DNA of 61,269 bases, the filler included. It is 7 parts of 7 records of this genome, joined end to end, with 100 filler letters (N's around TTAATTAATTAA, not from the genome) between each part and the next. Parts side by side here need not be neighbours in the genome. Positions count along the whole stretch, not along the records: positions 7,243 to 22,646 come from DRR723986_16085; 6 more parts are not named here. One strand, written 5' to 3'. Positions 9,058 through 18,953 of this stretch are shown here, one piece after another. The number at the start of each line of letters is the position of its first letter. The stretch's first letter is position 1. A program made the translations under genes and the position numbers. The notes below the pieces were generated by a model. It searched no databases and had not been told where the DNA came from. It was given only the letters and a program-made list of their open reading frames with translations.

Positions 9058-10842
9058 GTGCTGCGAAACACCCAAATAGATTCGATGAAACACGTTGCTC
9101 GAGCAGTCGCGGTTTTCGCTTGCGCGTTGACGCTGGTCAACCAAGGGGGCGTCACAAGACCGGCGGCCGCGGCGGACAACAGCAAGATACTTTCCGAATT
9201 CTCAATGGCGAACAACTATGGACGCGTTGTCCCGTTGAGCGAGTTTGATGATTCGCGAGCAATCGTTCTGGCCTTTATCGGTACCGAGTGCCCACTGGCG
9301 AAACTCTATGGCCCACGACTGGATGCGATTGCGAAAAAGTATGCCGAAGACGGTGTGACGGTACTCGGCATTTCGTCGAACAAGCAAGACAGCCTTACTG
9401 AACTGACCGCTTATGTCCACCGGTACAAAATATCGTTCCCCGTGCTAAAAGACGTCGGAAACCGGTTGGCAGATCGCATGTCTGCAACTCGAACCCCGGA
9501 AGTATTCGTACTCGATGAGAATCGCCAAGTGCGATATCAGGGTCGAATTGACGATCAATACGGCGTTGGATACTCCCGCGACGAAGCGAAGCAATCTGAT
9601 CTTGAGACTGCTCTGGACGAGTTGCTTGCCGGCAAGCCCGTCACGATTCCATTCACCGAACCAATTGGTTGTTTGATTGGCAGAGTCAAGAACGCCACGC
9701 CGACGGGTAACATCACCTACACCAAGAACATTGCTCCAATCTTGAACGAGCACTGTGTTTCGTGCCATCGCAAGGGAGAGATTGGTCCCTTTACATTAAC
9801 GAGCTACGAAGACGTTCAGGGCTGGGAAGACACAATTCTCGAAGTCATCGATGACCAACGAATGCCACCGTGGAATGCCAATCCGAAGTTCGGCCATTTT
9901 TCAAATGATCCGAGACTCTCGGAGAAGGAAATCGAAACGCTTCGACAGTGGGTTGCTTCTGGGATGCCTAAGGGTGATGACAGCGATCTACCGGAGCCTC
10001 CCGTGTTCGCCCAAGGATGGAGAATTCCAGAACCCGACCAACAATTCAAGATGCGGGAGAGCGGGGAGCCATTTGACGTCCCCGCCGAGGGTGTTGTCGA
10101 CTACAAACGCTTCCTGGTCGACCCGGGCTGGGATGAAGACAAGTACATTTATGCTGCAGAAGCCAGACCAGATAATCGCAGCGTTGTGCACCATATCCTC
10201 GTTTATGTCATCGCACCGGGCGAAAGACGCAAGAGTTTGGGAAGAGTGTTGGTCGGCTATGCCCCCGGGACGGAACCCGTGCACTACACCGACGGACTGG
10301 CAATGCGTGTTCCGGCGGGATCGAAGCTACTGTTCGAGATGCACTACACTCCCAACGGCTCACCTCAGACGGACCTTAGTTATGCGGGTGTCTGCTTCAT
10401 GGACAAGGCAGACGTCAAGACGATCGTCAGCGGTCGAGCCATCCTTGAACCACGACTCAACATCCCGCCGCACGACGACGACTACTCGATCACCGCTGAA
10501 CCGTACGTTGCCCGTCGAGGCGAGTACTTACTGTCGATGACGCCTCACATGCACCTGCGTGGAAAGTCTTTCCAGTACAACGCAGTGTTTCCCGATGGGA
10601 AAAAGGAAACGCTTCTGGACGTACCAAACTACGATTTCAACTGGCAATTGAAGTACACACTTGCCAAGCCGCGTTACTTACCGCGTGGAACGAAGATCTA
10701 CTGCACCGCGGTTTACGACAATTCGGAAGACAACCTGGTGAACCCCGATCCGACAAAACGTGTCGGCTGGGGTGATCAAAGCTGGGACGAAATGATGATC
10801 GGCTTCTTCGTTACAACGCCACGATTGCCGGGCGGCCAATAG
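9058..10842 (+). CDS. Redoxin + cytochrome c + copper type II (PHM/DBH-like) monooxygenase-domain protein
   Basis: AhpC/TSA-like N-domain (TECP, RTPEVFVLD, YQGRIDD), heme motif CVSCH, Cu-ligand motifs VHHIL, EMHY, PHMH and DEMM. Confidence 0.8.
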   Translation: MLRNTQIDSMKHVARAVAVFACALTLVNQGGVTRPAAAADNSKILSEFSMANNYGRVVPLSEFDDSRAIVLAFIGTECPLAKLYGPRLDAIAKKYAEDGVTVLGISSNKQDSLTELTAYVHRYKISFPVLKDVGNRLADRMSATRTPEVFVLDENRQVRYQGRIDDQYGVGYSRDEAKQSDLETALDELLAGKPVTIPFTEPIGCLIGRVKNATPTGNITYTKNIAPILNEHCVSCHRKGEIGPFTLTSYEDVQGWEDTILEVIDDQRMPPWNANPKFGHFSNDPRLSEKEIETLRQWVASGMPKGDDSDLPEPPVFAQGWRIPEPDQQFKMRESGEPFDVPAEGVVDYKRFLVDPGWDEDKYIYAAEARPDNRSVVHHILVYVIAPGERRKSLGRVLVGYAPGTEPVHYTDGLAMRVPAGSKLLFEMHYTPNGSPQTDLSYAGVCFMDKADVKTIVSGRAILEPRLNIPPHDDDYSITAEPYVARRGEYLLSMTPHMHLRGKSFQYNAVFPDGKKETLLDVPNYDFNWQLKYTLAKPRYLPRGTKIYCTAVYDNSEDNLVNPDPTKRVGWGDQSWDEMMIGFFVTTPRLPGGQ

Positions 10843-10986
10843 AAAATTGCCTGGCGTCTGATGGAAAGATCATAGATAGGCAAGCCGCTGAACTGGGATG
10901 GCCGAACGAGCAGGCCCCGGCTAGCTTGCCTGAAGAAGCGTCGGGGACAAAGCCCCAGCGGAACTGAGGCTAGTTCCACCCGCGCA

Positions 10987-11613
10987 CTAGAACGATGCAG
11001 CTATCTGCTCTGCCTTCGCTATGGCAGCTTCCTCGGTCGCCTTGACTTCGTCAGGTGAAGCCATGGTTGGCTCGATGATGATTTCGCTGATCTCGGTAAA
11101 ACCGATGAATCCAAGCAGCAAATTCAGATGCGAACGCTGAATATCAAGCCCCTTGGTTTCGTCGCTGCCGTACGCTCCGCCCCGAGCGTAAATGGTTGCA
11201 ACCGGCTTACCAGCAACCAGTCCAGTGTAGCCGGTGTCCGGTGAGTAGCTGAAGGTTTGTCCGGGCTGTGCAAGCACATCGAAGTAGTGCTTGAGCTTGT
11301 ATGGCAATCCGAAATTCCACATTGGCAGACTGAATACGTACTTGTCCGCCGACTTGAATTCGTCGCAGACATCGACCACCTCTTGCCAAGCTGCTTGCTG
11401 ATCGGCATCAAAATCCTGACCATGCAAGACCTGATACTTTGCATCGATGGTGTAGCCGTCAAATTCAGGCAAAGACTTCTGCCACAAATCCAAAGTGACA
11501 ACTTCGTCTTGGGGGTTTGCTGCTTTGTAAGCGTCCAGGAACTTGCGCGCGACCGCAATCGACTTCGAACGGGCTTTTCGTGGTGATGATTCGATGTAAA
11601 GAAGCTTCGCCAT
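10987..11613 (-). CDS. azoR: FMN-dependent NADH-azoreductase
   Basis: SSPR, PMWNFGLPYKLKHYFD, ARGGAY and LGFIGF. Confidence 0.92.
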   Translation of the reverse strand: MAKLLYIESSPRKARSKSIAVARKFLDAYKAANPQDEVVTLDLWQKSLPEFDGYTIDAKYQVLHGQDFDADQQAAWQEVVDVCDEFKSADKYVFSLPMWNFGLPYKLKHYFDVLAQPGQTFSYSPDTGYTGLVAGKPVATIYARGGAYGSDETKGLDIQRSHLNLLLGFIGFTEISEIIIEPTMASPDEVKATEEAAIAKAEQIAASF

Positions 11614-11709
11614 CTTGGTATCCTACTGTCTTGCTTAAGGGTTCAGTTTGTTGTTTATCGTGTATTGTTTATCTTGGATCGATCTGGCACGTTGCCAATA
11701 CTCGACCTT

Positions 11710-12147
11710 CTACTCGCCGGTTTTTGCTTCCGACGCACTTGAGCGCAAGGCCAGGCCGTCAAGACTCAGCTCGCCAGGCCCACGGGCGACAATCATGAGC
11801 ATTGCCCCCATGAGCGCCAGGTTTTTCATAAAGGCGATCATCTGCTGTTGAGCTGCTTCGCCTTCGAAATTCCAAAAATCATGAAAATAGTATGTCGCCA
11901 AGATAAGGAAGACCAGCAGCAGTACAGCCCCAGCCTTGGCTTTTAATCCAAGAATTATGCTGATACTACCGGCGACTAAAAAAACGATACCACCGAATAG
12001 CATCAGCGATGGCATCGGCACACCCTCGCTGGCAATGTATTCACTCACTGAGCTGAAGTTGGGAATCTTGTTTCCAACCGCACTCATGAAGAATATCAGT
12101 GACAACAGAACTCGACCAGCGACGTTCAATATGGCTGCAAAATTCAC
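11710..12147 (-). CDS. DoxX family membrane protein
   Basis: GRVLLSLIF, FHDFW, FMKNLALMG, GPGELSLD. Confidence 0.9.
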   Translation of the reverse strand: MNFAAILNVAGRVLLSLIFFMSAVGNKIPNFSSVSEYIASEGVPMPSLMLFGGIVFLVAGSISIILGLKAKAGAVLLLVFLILATYYFHDFWNFEGEAAQQQMIAFMKNLALMGAMLMIVARGPGELSLDGLALRSSASEAKTGE

Positions 12148-12270
12148 GATTCTTCTCTCTGTTCTATGTTATCTCGGGCCAGTTAGGTTTTCGCCAAGCG
12201 CGTTTGGCGGTGGGAGTCCCGCCAGCGGACTGACGGGAGACGTGTAAAAATACGGCTTAACCGACTGAGA

Positions 12271-13035
12271 TCAGGCCATGTCGAATAGCATGATTTCGGC
12301 GGTGGAGCTGCTGCTGAACTGCAGAAGAATGTCTTCTGCTTCGCCTCGGACGCCATCGCCACCTTGCGCGTGGACTGATGACTCGATGGCGACCCCGTCT
12401 CCACTGGTAAGCGTCGGTACAGGGCTACCTTCGGAACGGATGTCGAGTTCACCACGCAGCACCTGAATCCAGACACCTCGCGCGGCCTTTGCACGGAAGT
12501 CCACCGATTGACCTGCTCGCAAGTTTGCCAGGTGTATCTGAACATCTTGATGAATCTTCAAAGCACCATTTTCACCATTGGGTGAGGCGACCAACTGAAG
12601 GCTACCATCACGCTGGCTTTCCGCAAACTGCTTCTGTTCGTAGCTTGGCTCAAGACCACGCTGCTGCGGCGTAAGCCATATCTGATACAGATGGACTGGT
12701 TCATCGGCCGAAGGATTAAACTCGCTGTGCGTGATTCCCGAACCGGCGGTCATTCGCTGGAACTCACCGGGACGAAGGATCTCTCCATTGCCCATTGAAT
12801 CGCGATGCTCAAGCGCACCTTCGAGCACATATGTGACGATCTCCATATCACGATGTGGGTGCGTTCCAAACCCCTTGCCAGGTGCGACCCAATCCTCGTT
12901 CATCACCCGCAGTGACCGGAAACGAACGTGCTCGGGATCCTGATAGGACGCAAACGAAAACGTATGGTAAGTATCCAACCAGCCATGATTGGCGTGTCCG
13001 CGCTTGTCTGCCTTACGAACAGTAAACATCTTCAC
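12271..13035 (-). CDS. Pirin family protein (YhhW-like quercetin 2,3-dioxygenase)
   Basis: RGHANHGWL, GFGTHPHRDMEIVTY, MTAGSGITHSEFN, QIW. Confidence 0.93.
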   Translation of the reverse strand: MKMFTVRKADKRGHANHGWLDTYHTFSFASYQDPEHVRFRSLRVMNEDWVAPGKGFGTHPHRDMEIVTYVLEGALEHRDSMGNGEILRPGEFQRMTAGSGITHSEFNPSADEPVHLYQIWLTPQQRGLEPSYEQKQFAESQRDGSLQLVASPNGENGALKIHQDVQIHLANLRAGQSVDFRAKAARGVWIQVLRGELDIRSEGSPVPTLTSGDGVAIESSVHAQGGDGVRGEAEDILLQFSSSSTAEIMLFDMA

Positions 13036-13114
13036 AACCCTTCAAATTCGAGCGTAAGCTACCGGCAATTCCGAAAATTGCCTCCAACGCCACGGTAGAC
13101 GATCGACACGTAAA

Positions 13115-13132
13115 TAGTTTACACGTAAACTA
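13115..13132. promoter_or_regulatory. Candidate MarR operator TAGTTTAC-ac-GTAAACTA
   Basis: Perfect 8-bp inverted repeat in an AT-rich patch between the divergent pirin and marR genes. Confidence 0.6.
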
Positions 13133-13239
13133 AAATTATTTACAAGTCTCCTATTAAGCTCGCCGGGACGTTGGAATTGGCACGCTCGATCGAAGCAAGA
13201 TAGCCACGCTAGCAACATCCCGGTGAGGACAGACAGCAG

Positions 13240-13710
13240 ATGGGAAAAAGCAAACTGCAGCAGGAGCTGAAGAAACGCCAGCCGTTTGAATCCCTCGAGC
13301 AGGAGGCAATGCTGAGCATTCTGCGGACGCACGACCAACTGCACAATCAACTCGGCAAGTTGTTTCGCAGATACGAACTGACGCCCTCGCAGTACAATGT
13401 CCTGCGTATTCTGCGTGGTGAAGGAGCACCCCTGGCATCGCTAGAGCTGGCGTCGCGACTCATTCAGGTCGTACCGGCCATAACCGGATTGATCGACCGA
13501 CTGGAAAAACGCGAGCTCGTATCCAGATGTCGTGACGAAGAGGATCGTCGCGTCGTCCGCGTTGCGATCACAAAACAGGGGCGTTCTCTGCTTGGCCGAA
13601 TTGACCGACCACTGGAGCAGTTGCACAGCCAGCTGCTCGGGCACCTGGATTCATCCGAGCTAGCGCGCCTCGTCCAGCTTCTCGAAAAGGTACGAGAAGT
13701 GGACGATTAG
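13240..13710 (+). CDS. MarR family transcriptional regulator
   Basis: LTPSQYNVLRIL, ITGLIDRLEK, EDRRVVRVAITKQG. Confidence 0.93.
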   Translation: MGKSKLQQELKKRQPFESLEQEAMLSILRTHDQLHNQLGKLFRRYELTPSQYNVLRILRGEGAPLASLELASRLIQVVPAITGLIDRLEKRELVSRCRDEEDRRVVRVAITKQGRSLLGRIDRPLEQLHSQLLGHLDSSELARLVQLLEKVREVDD

Positions 13711-13741
13711 CTAACTCGCCTCAGGTGTAATGAGGTGCGTC

Positions 13742-14329
13742 CTAGGCGGATCTTAGTGCCGCCTTGGCTTTGTTGACTTTCGATACTGTCATGAACAATA
13801 GAATTGGAAATGCCAGAATGCTGAGACACGGCACGAAGATCGAGATTGCTGTGAAAAGGCCAAGTTGCTCGCCACAATCACCGTGTGACGTATCACCTCT
13901 AGCTGCGAGTGCCTTCGCGAGTGATCTTGGCGTTTTCATTAGCGCGATGAAGTTGACGACGAGCTGGACAAGCGGCACAAGCATTAGCCACGGAATCCAT
14001 GGCTCAATCTCACGAAACTCTTCAGGTACTGCGGACAGAGCATCGTACAGAGAATAGGCAGCATAAATTGCCAGCAGTAGAAACACCGCTGAGACGAGCA
14101 TCGCAACGATAAACACTCCACCACTGAACAGCGCGACGGCTGCTTCAGCATCTTCAGAAAGGTCGTCCTGTGTGAATTCTGGTTCACCAAAATCTGAAAA
14201 CTCGGAGTCGTCGAAGTTGAAGTCCATATCTGGTCCCGCATCCTGGGCTCGAGCGTTTTGAGTCGCCAGTGCGGTTGTGAGACCAAGTAGCATCACTACG
14301 AGGAGTGAAACCGAAAGTCGTGGGAGCAT
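13742..14329 (-). CDS. Hypothetical membrane protein
   Basis: Signal peptide from ATG 14329, an acidic linker and 3 hydrophobic segments. Confidence 0.7.
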   Translation of the reverse strand: MLPRLSVSLLVVMLLGLTTALATQNARAQDAGPDMDFNFDDSEFSDFGEPEFTQDDLSEDAEAAVALFSGGVFIVAMLVSAVFLLLAIYAAYSLYDALSAVPEEFREIEPWIPWLMLVPLVQLVVNFIALMKTPRSLAKALAARGDTSHGDCGEQLGLFTAISIFVPCLSILAFPILLFMTVSKVNKAKAALRSA

Positions 14330-14551
14330 CTTCCATTCCTTTGCTGAACAATCCACACTCCGGCAGAGCAACCCCGACCGAAGAATCCAAGTGCAATACG
14401 TGCAATCAACCTATTGCTGTTATACTCGATTCTCAATGTTGAGCGTGATACGAATATGGGCCATTTTGGCCGATCCAAGGCGACTATTGCGTCCGGTAGG
14501 CGATTTCACGCCACCATTTAGGGCCGCCTCAGTAGTTAGGTAATTTGCAGC

Positions 14552-16468
14552 ATGTGCGGTATCGCAGGCGGAGTATGGTTTCGAGAGGATCGCGTGATCC
14601 AGTCACAGACGCTCGACAAGATGGTCGACAGTCTGACGCATCGCGGCCCGGACGATCGTGGTACGCACATCGAACGACTTCACCAGGATGCGGTGGGTCC
14701 AACGCCGGGCGTTGCGCTCGGTTTTCGGCGGTTGTCCATTATCGATCTCGCAGCCGGTCATCAGCCGATCAGTAACGAAGACGAATCGGTATGGATGGTC
14801 TTCAATGGCGAGATCTACAACTTCGAAACTCTCCGCAAACGGCTTGAGGGTTCCGGACACCACTTCCGCACACAAAGCGACTCCGAGACGATCGTCCATC
14901 TTTACGAAGACCTTGGGACGGAGTGCTTTGAGCACCTCAACGGGATGTTTGCGATTGCGATTTGGGATCGCAACAAGAAACGCTTGATTCTGGCCCGCGA
15001 TCGACTTGGCAAAAAGCCACTCTTTTACCAAGCCCTCGACAGCCAAGTCATTTTTGGGAGCGAGCTGAAAGCGCTGACGTGTTGCCCTTCCTTCCGCAGT
15101 GAGATTTCTCCAGCGGCAATCGACCAATTCCTAACTTATCAGTACGTTCCGCATCCCAAGACGATTTACGAGCATTCACGTAAAGTTCCACCGGGGCACT
15201 ACGCGGTCATCGAAGACGAATCCGTTAGCGTCCATCGCTACTGGAACGTTGATTGGACGCGGGAGCAGTCCATGGATCGCCGCGCCGCCAGCGAACGTCT
15301 GGAGGAACTGTTGAGCGATTCGATCCGTCTTCGTCTCCGCAGCGATGTTCCGTTAGGTGCATTTCTTAGCGGCGGTATCGATTCGTCGCTGATTGTTGCC
15401 CTGGCGAGTGGACAACTCGACCGACCGCTGCACACCTTCAGCATCGGTTTCGAAGAGGCTGATTTTGATGAAACCAAGTACGCCAGGCAGGTAGCCGGAT
15501 GGGTCAAGAGCGAGCACCGCGAGTACAAGGTCACGCCAGACGCGGTCAGCATGCTCGATGACTTGGTCTGGCACTATGACGAGCCCTTTGGTGACAGCTC
15601 TGCAATTCCGACTTGGCATCTTTGCAAGTGGACTCGTGAACATGTTACTGTTGCGCTCAGCGGCGACGGCGGCGACGAGTTGTTTGCCGGCTACGATCGC
15701 TACCGTGCGCTGTGGCTAAGCCGCGTGATGGATCGCGTGCTTCCGATCCAACCCGTCCTGGGCAGTAGTTTTGTTAAGTCCTTGCCGGCGTCCAATCGCC
15801 AGCGATCGTTTGTCCGGCGACTTCAGCGTTTCGGTGAAGCGCTCAACGAACCGCTGGCTCGTCGTTACATGAACTGGATCCAAATTTTCCCAGAACGCAT
15901 GCGAGCGGGTTTGTACAACGATGCCTTCGTGGAAAGGCTGCCCGAGGAAGATCCATTTGAGTTCTTCGAATCAGCTTGGAAAATGACGGGCAAACGCGAC
16001 TTGGTAACGAAAGCCTCCATCGGCGATCTGTTGACGTACCTGCCCTGCGACCTGCTCAACAAAGTCGACATTGCCTCGATGGCCCACAGCTTGGAATGTC
16101 GCCAGCCCTTCTTGGATTACCGACTGGTTGAATTTGCCGCAAGCTTACCAGTTGGCCTCAAGCAGCGTGGCACACGGTCGCGCGGCAAGCGGTTGTTGCA
16201 AGACACCTACGGAAGTTTGCTGCCACGACAAATCTGGACGCGAAAGAAGATGGGCTTCGGCGTGCCACTCGGCAGTTGGTTTATGAACGAATTGCGGGAG
16301 ACCACCGAATCCCGCTTGCTAGGCACCGATGCTCGGCTTCATACCTACTTTCGCCCTGACGCTCTGCAGGAGATCGTGACCCAGCATATGACCGGTAAGG
16401 TGAATCACTGCTACCGTCTGTGGAATTTATTGGTGTTCGAGACTTGGTTGCGTCGATGGATGCAATAG
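14552..16468 (+). CDS. asnB: Asparagine synthase (glutamine-hydrolysing) family amidotransferase
   Basis: N-terminal MCGIAG, HRGPD, FNGEIYN, FLSGGIDSS, SGDGGDELF. Confidence 0.93.
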   Translation: MCGIAGGVWFREDRVIQSQTLDKMVDSLTHRGPDDRGTHIERLHQDAVGPTPGVALGFRRLSIIDLAAGHQPISNEDESVWMVFNGEIYNFETLRKRLEGSGHHFRTQSDSETIVHLYEDLGTECFEHLNGMFAIAIWDRNKKRLILARDRLGKKPLFYQALDSQVIFGSELKALTCCPSFRSEISPAAIDQFLTYQYVPHPKTIYEHSRKVPPGHYAVIEDESVSVHRYWNVDWTREQSMDRRAASERLEELLSDSIRLRLRSDVPLGAFLSGGIDSSLIVALASGQLDRPLHTFSIGFEEADFDETKYARQVAGWVKSEHREYKVTPDAVSMLDDLVWHYDEPFGDSSAIPTWHLCKWTREHVTVALSGDGGDELFAGYDRYRALWLSRVMDRVLPIQPVLGSSFVKSLPASNRQRSFVRRLQRFGEALNEPLARRYMNWIQIFPERMRAGLYNDAFVERLPEEDPFEFFESAWKMTGKRDLVTKASIGDLLTYLPCDLLNKVDIASMAHSLECRQPFLDYRLVEFAASLPVGLKQRGTRSRGKRLLQDTYGSLLPRQIWTRKKMGFGVPLGSWFMNELRETTESRLLGTDARLHTYFRPDALQEIVTQHMTGKVNHCYRLWNLLVFETWLRRWMQ

Positions 16469-16566
16469 CCACGCACCAGTTTTGACACAAAACCTGTTAT
16501 GCTAAAACGCGTCGGCTCGTTCGACGCCCAATCGGTATCAGCGCGAATAAACAGCAGGAGGCGAAA

Positions 16567-17844
16567 ATGCTGCGAAACACAACGGCAGTAGTGCTTGCCG
16601 GCGGCAAGGGCACACGACTTGAACCGCTAACACTTGACCGCGCGAAACCCGCTGTGCCTTTTGGCGGCGAGTACCGAATCGTCGATTTCGTGCTTTCCAA
16701 TGCTATCAATTCTGGGTTGCGACGGATGCTGGTCCTGACCCAGTACAAAGCGCTCAGCTTGGACCGGCACATCAACCTTGGATGGCGGAAGTACTTCTGC
16801 TCAGAGCTTGGCGAGTTTCTTGACGTCGTGCCGCCACAACAGCGCATCGACGAACAGTGGTACCAGGGTACCGCCGACGCCGTCTACCAAAACATCTTTG
16901 TGATCGAAAAAGACCGACCAGAATACGTGGTCATCCTGGCCGGTGATCATATCTACAAGATGAACTATGAATCGATGGTCAACTTCCACAAAGAGAACGA
17001 AGCGGATTTGACCGTGGGCGCTCTGACGGTTGATCGCGAATCGGCCAAGCAGTTCGGCGTGATTCAGGCCAACGAGAATAATCAGATCGTCGGCTTTGAA
17101 GAAAAACCCAACAACCCGAAACCGATGCCTGGCAATGAAGAACACTGCTTTGCATCGATGGGGATTTACGTCTTCACAGCAAGATTCCTTTTTGAACAGC
17201 TCTGCCGCGATGCCACTGATCCCAACAGTGCGCACGACTTTGGCAAGAACATCATCCCTTCGATTATCGATACCAATCGAGTTTTCGCGTTTCCGTTCCG
17301 TGACGAAAATCGTAAGCAGCAGGCATACTGGCGCGACGTCGGGACCATTGATGCCTACTACGAAGCCAATATGGATCTGATCGACGTTGATCCGCAGCTC
17401 AACCTGTACGATCAAGATTGGCCGATTCGTACACTGCACCCAAATCTTCCGCCACCGAAGTTCGTCTTTGGAAGTGATGGCGACGAGGAACGCCGCGGCC
17501 AGGCGATCGACAGTATCGTTTGCTCAGGAACCGTGATCAGCGGCGGGCAGGTGCGGCGCAGTGTTGTCAGCCCAGACGTTCGTGTGAACAGTTACGCTAG
17601 CGTCGATGAGAGCATTCTGTTTCAGGGTGTAAACGTCGGACGCCACGCGAAGATTCGGCGGGCCATCATCGATAAAGACGTGCATATTCCAGCGAACATG
17701 GAAATCGGGTACGACCTGGAACTGGATCGTCGTCGCGGCTTCACTGTCAGCCCGAGCGGGATTGTGATTATTTCTCGCAATGATTCGCCCAGTACCGCTG
17801 ACCAAATGATGCTCGCCGATCCGCCAACAAGCCTGCTTCGGTAG
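16567..17844 (+). CDS. glgC: Glucose-1-phosphate adenylyltransferase
   Basis: LAGGKGTRL, RAKPAVPFGG, WYQGTADA, FEEKP, YWRDVGT. Confidence 0.97.
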   Translation: MLRNTTAVVLAGGKGTRLEPLTLDRAKPAVPFGGEYRIVDFVLSNAINSGLRRMLVLTQYKALSLDRHINLGWRKYFCSELGEFLDVVPPQQRIDEQWYQGTADAVYQNIFVIEKDRPEYVVILAGDHIYKMNYESMVNFHKENEADLTVGALTVDRESAKQFGVIQANENNQIVGFEEKPNNPKPMPGNEEHCFASMGIYVFTARFLFEQLCRDATDPNSAHDFGKNIIPSIIDTNRVFAFPFRDENRKQQAYWRDVGTIDAYYEANMDLIDVDPQLNLYDQDWPIRTLHPNLPPPKFVFGSDGDEERRGQAIDSIVCSGTVISGGQVRRSVVSPDVRVNSYASVDESILFQGVNVGRHAKIRRAIIDKDVHIPANMEIGYDLELDRRRGFTVSPSGIVIISRNDSPSTADQMMLADPPTSLLR

Positions 17845-17854
17845 GGTATTAGCT

Positions 17855-18880
17855 GTGCCAGAAAACGCCAACATCTTTCTTATTGGCTTGGGGCTAGGTA
17901 CAGTCCTGCTGGTGCTGGGTGGAATCATCGGATTTATCGCCGGACGCCGCCTTTCCGCCAAAAACACCGTCGACAAGAAGCAGTTTCTTGATTTCTTGCG
18001 TGAACTGTCCGCTTGGACAAGTGATTTCTCCGGTGACGTGTCCAAGTACCAATCGCAACTCTCCTCCTTGAGTGCTGAGGTTGGTCCAAAGGGTGCGGTC
18101 AGCAACGACAAATTGCAAGCGTTGTTGTCTCGCATTATGAACATCAACGAGCAACTACAGAACCGCTTGGACAATGCTGAAGAACGACTGGAAGAACAAA
18201 CCGGCCAAATTTCAAGCTACTTAACAGAGGCCCGCACCGACGCACTGACCGGTTTGCTCAACCGACGCGCCTTCGATCGGTCGACCGACGAACTCTACAA
18301 TGCTTGGTCGAAGTCCAACGAATCGTTTTCGCTGTGCCTGATGGACATCGATCACTTCAAACGCATCAACGACACGATGGGGCACCAGGCTGGTGATGAA
18401 GTTCTTCGCCAACTCGGCAGATTCCTACAGTCCGAGTTCCCCTCAGTGAAGTGCATCGCTCGTTACGGTGGAGAAGAATTTGCCATCCTGACGACAGACG
18501 GCGGTGAGATGGCAGCGAAGAAGATGGATGAGTTTCGTGATGCTGTTCATAAGCTGGACATCACCTTCGAAGACAAGAAAATCCCCGTAACAATCAGCGT
18601 GGGATGCGCTCAAATTGATGCCGAAGACAGAATCGGCAATCTGGTTCGTCGCGCTGATGAAGCGCTCTACGCGTCGAAACTAGGCGGACGCAATCGAGTA
18701 CACCTGCACGATTCAACCCTTTGTAGATTGATCACACAGATTGCCGAGCCCGCTCAAGCAGAGTCGCCGACGACGAATACGCCTGCAGAAGAACGTGATA
18801 AGCAGCAACAGCAAGATCGCATTCAAGAGCGTTTGCAGCGGATTGTTGCCGAAGAGTCGCGCCGCGTCTACGATCGCTGA
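17855..18880 (+). CDS. Membrane-anchored diguanylate cyclase (GGDEF)
   Basis: N-terminal TM helix, coiled coil, DALTGLLNRR, DIDHFK, RYGGEEF. Confidence 0.93.
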   Translation: MPENANIFLIGLGLGTVLLVLGGIIGFIAGRRLSAKNTVDKKQFLDFLRELSAWTSDFSGDVSKYQSQLSSLSAEVGPKGAVSNDKLQALLSRIMNINEQLQNRLDNAEERLEEQTGQISSYLTEARTDALTGLLNRRAFDRSTDELYNAWSKSNESFSLCLMDIDHFKRINDTMGHQAGDEVLRQLGRFLQSEFPSVKCIARYGGEEFAILTTDGGEMAAKKMDEFRDAVHKLDITFEDKKIPVTISVGCAQIDAEDRIGNLVRRADEALYASKLGGRNRVHLHDSTLCRLITQIAEPAQAESPTTNTPAEERDKQQQQDRIQERLQRIVAEESRRVYDR

Positions 18881-18905
18881 TCTGACCAATCTCCAGGGAA
18901 CGAGC

Positions 18906-18953
18906 CTGTCCACTAAGCGACTGTGTTGACTGTCCACTAAGCGACTGTGTTGA
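18906..18953. repeat. Perfect 24-bp tandem duplication CTGTCCACTAAGCGACTGTGTTGA x2
   Basis: 18906-18929 equals 18930-18953 and overlaps the stop codon of the minus-strand gene. Confidence 0.95.
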
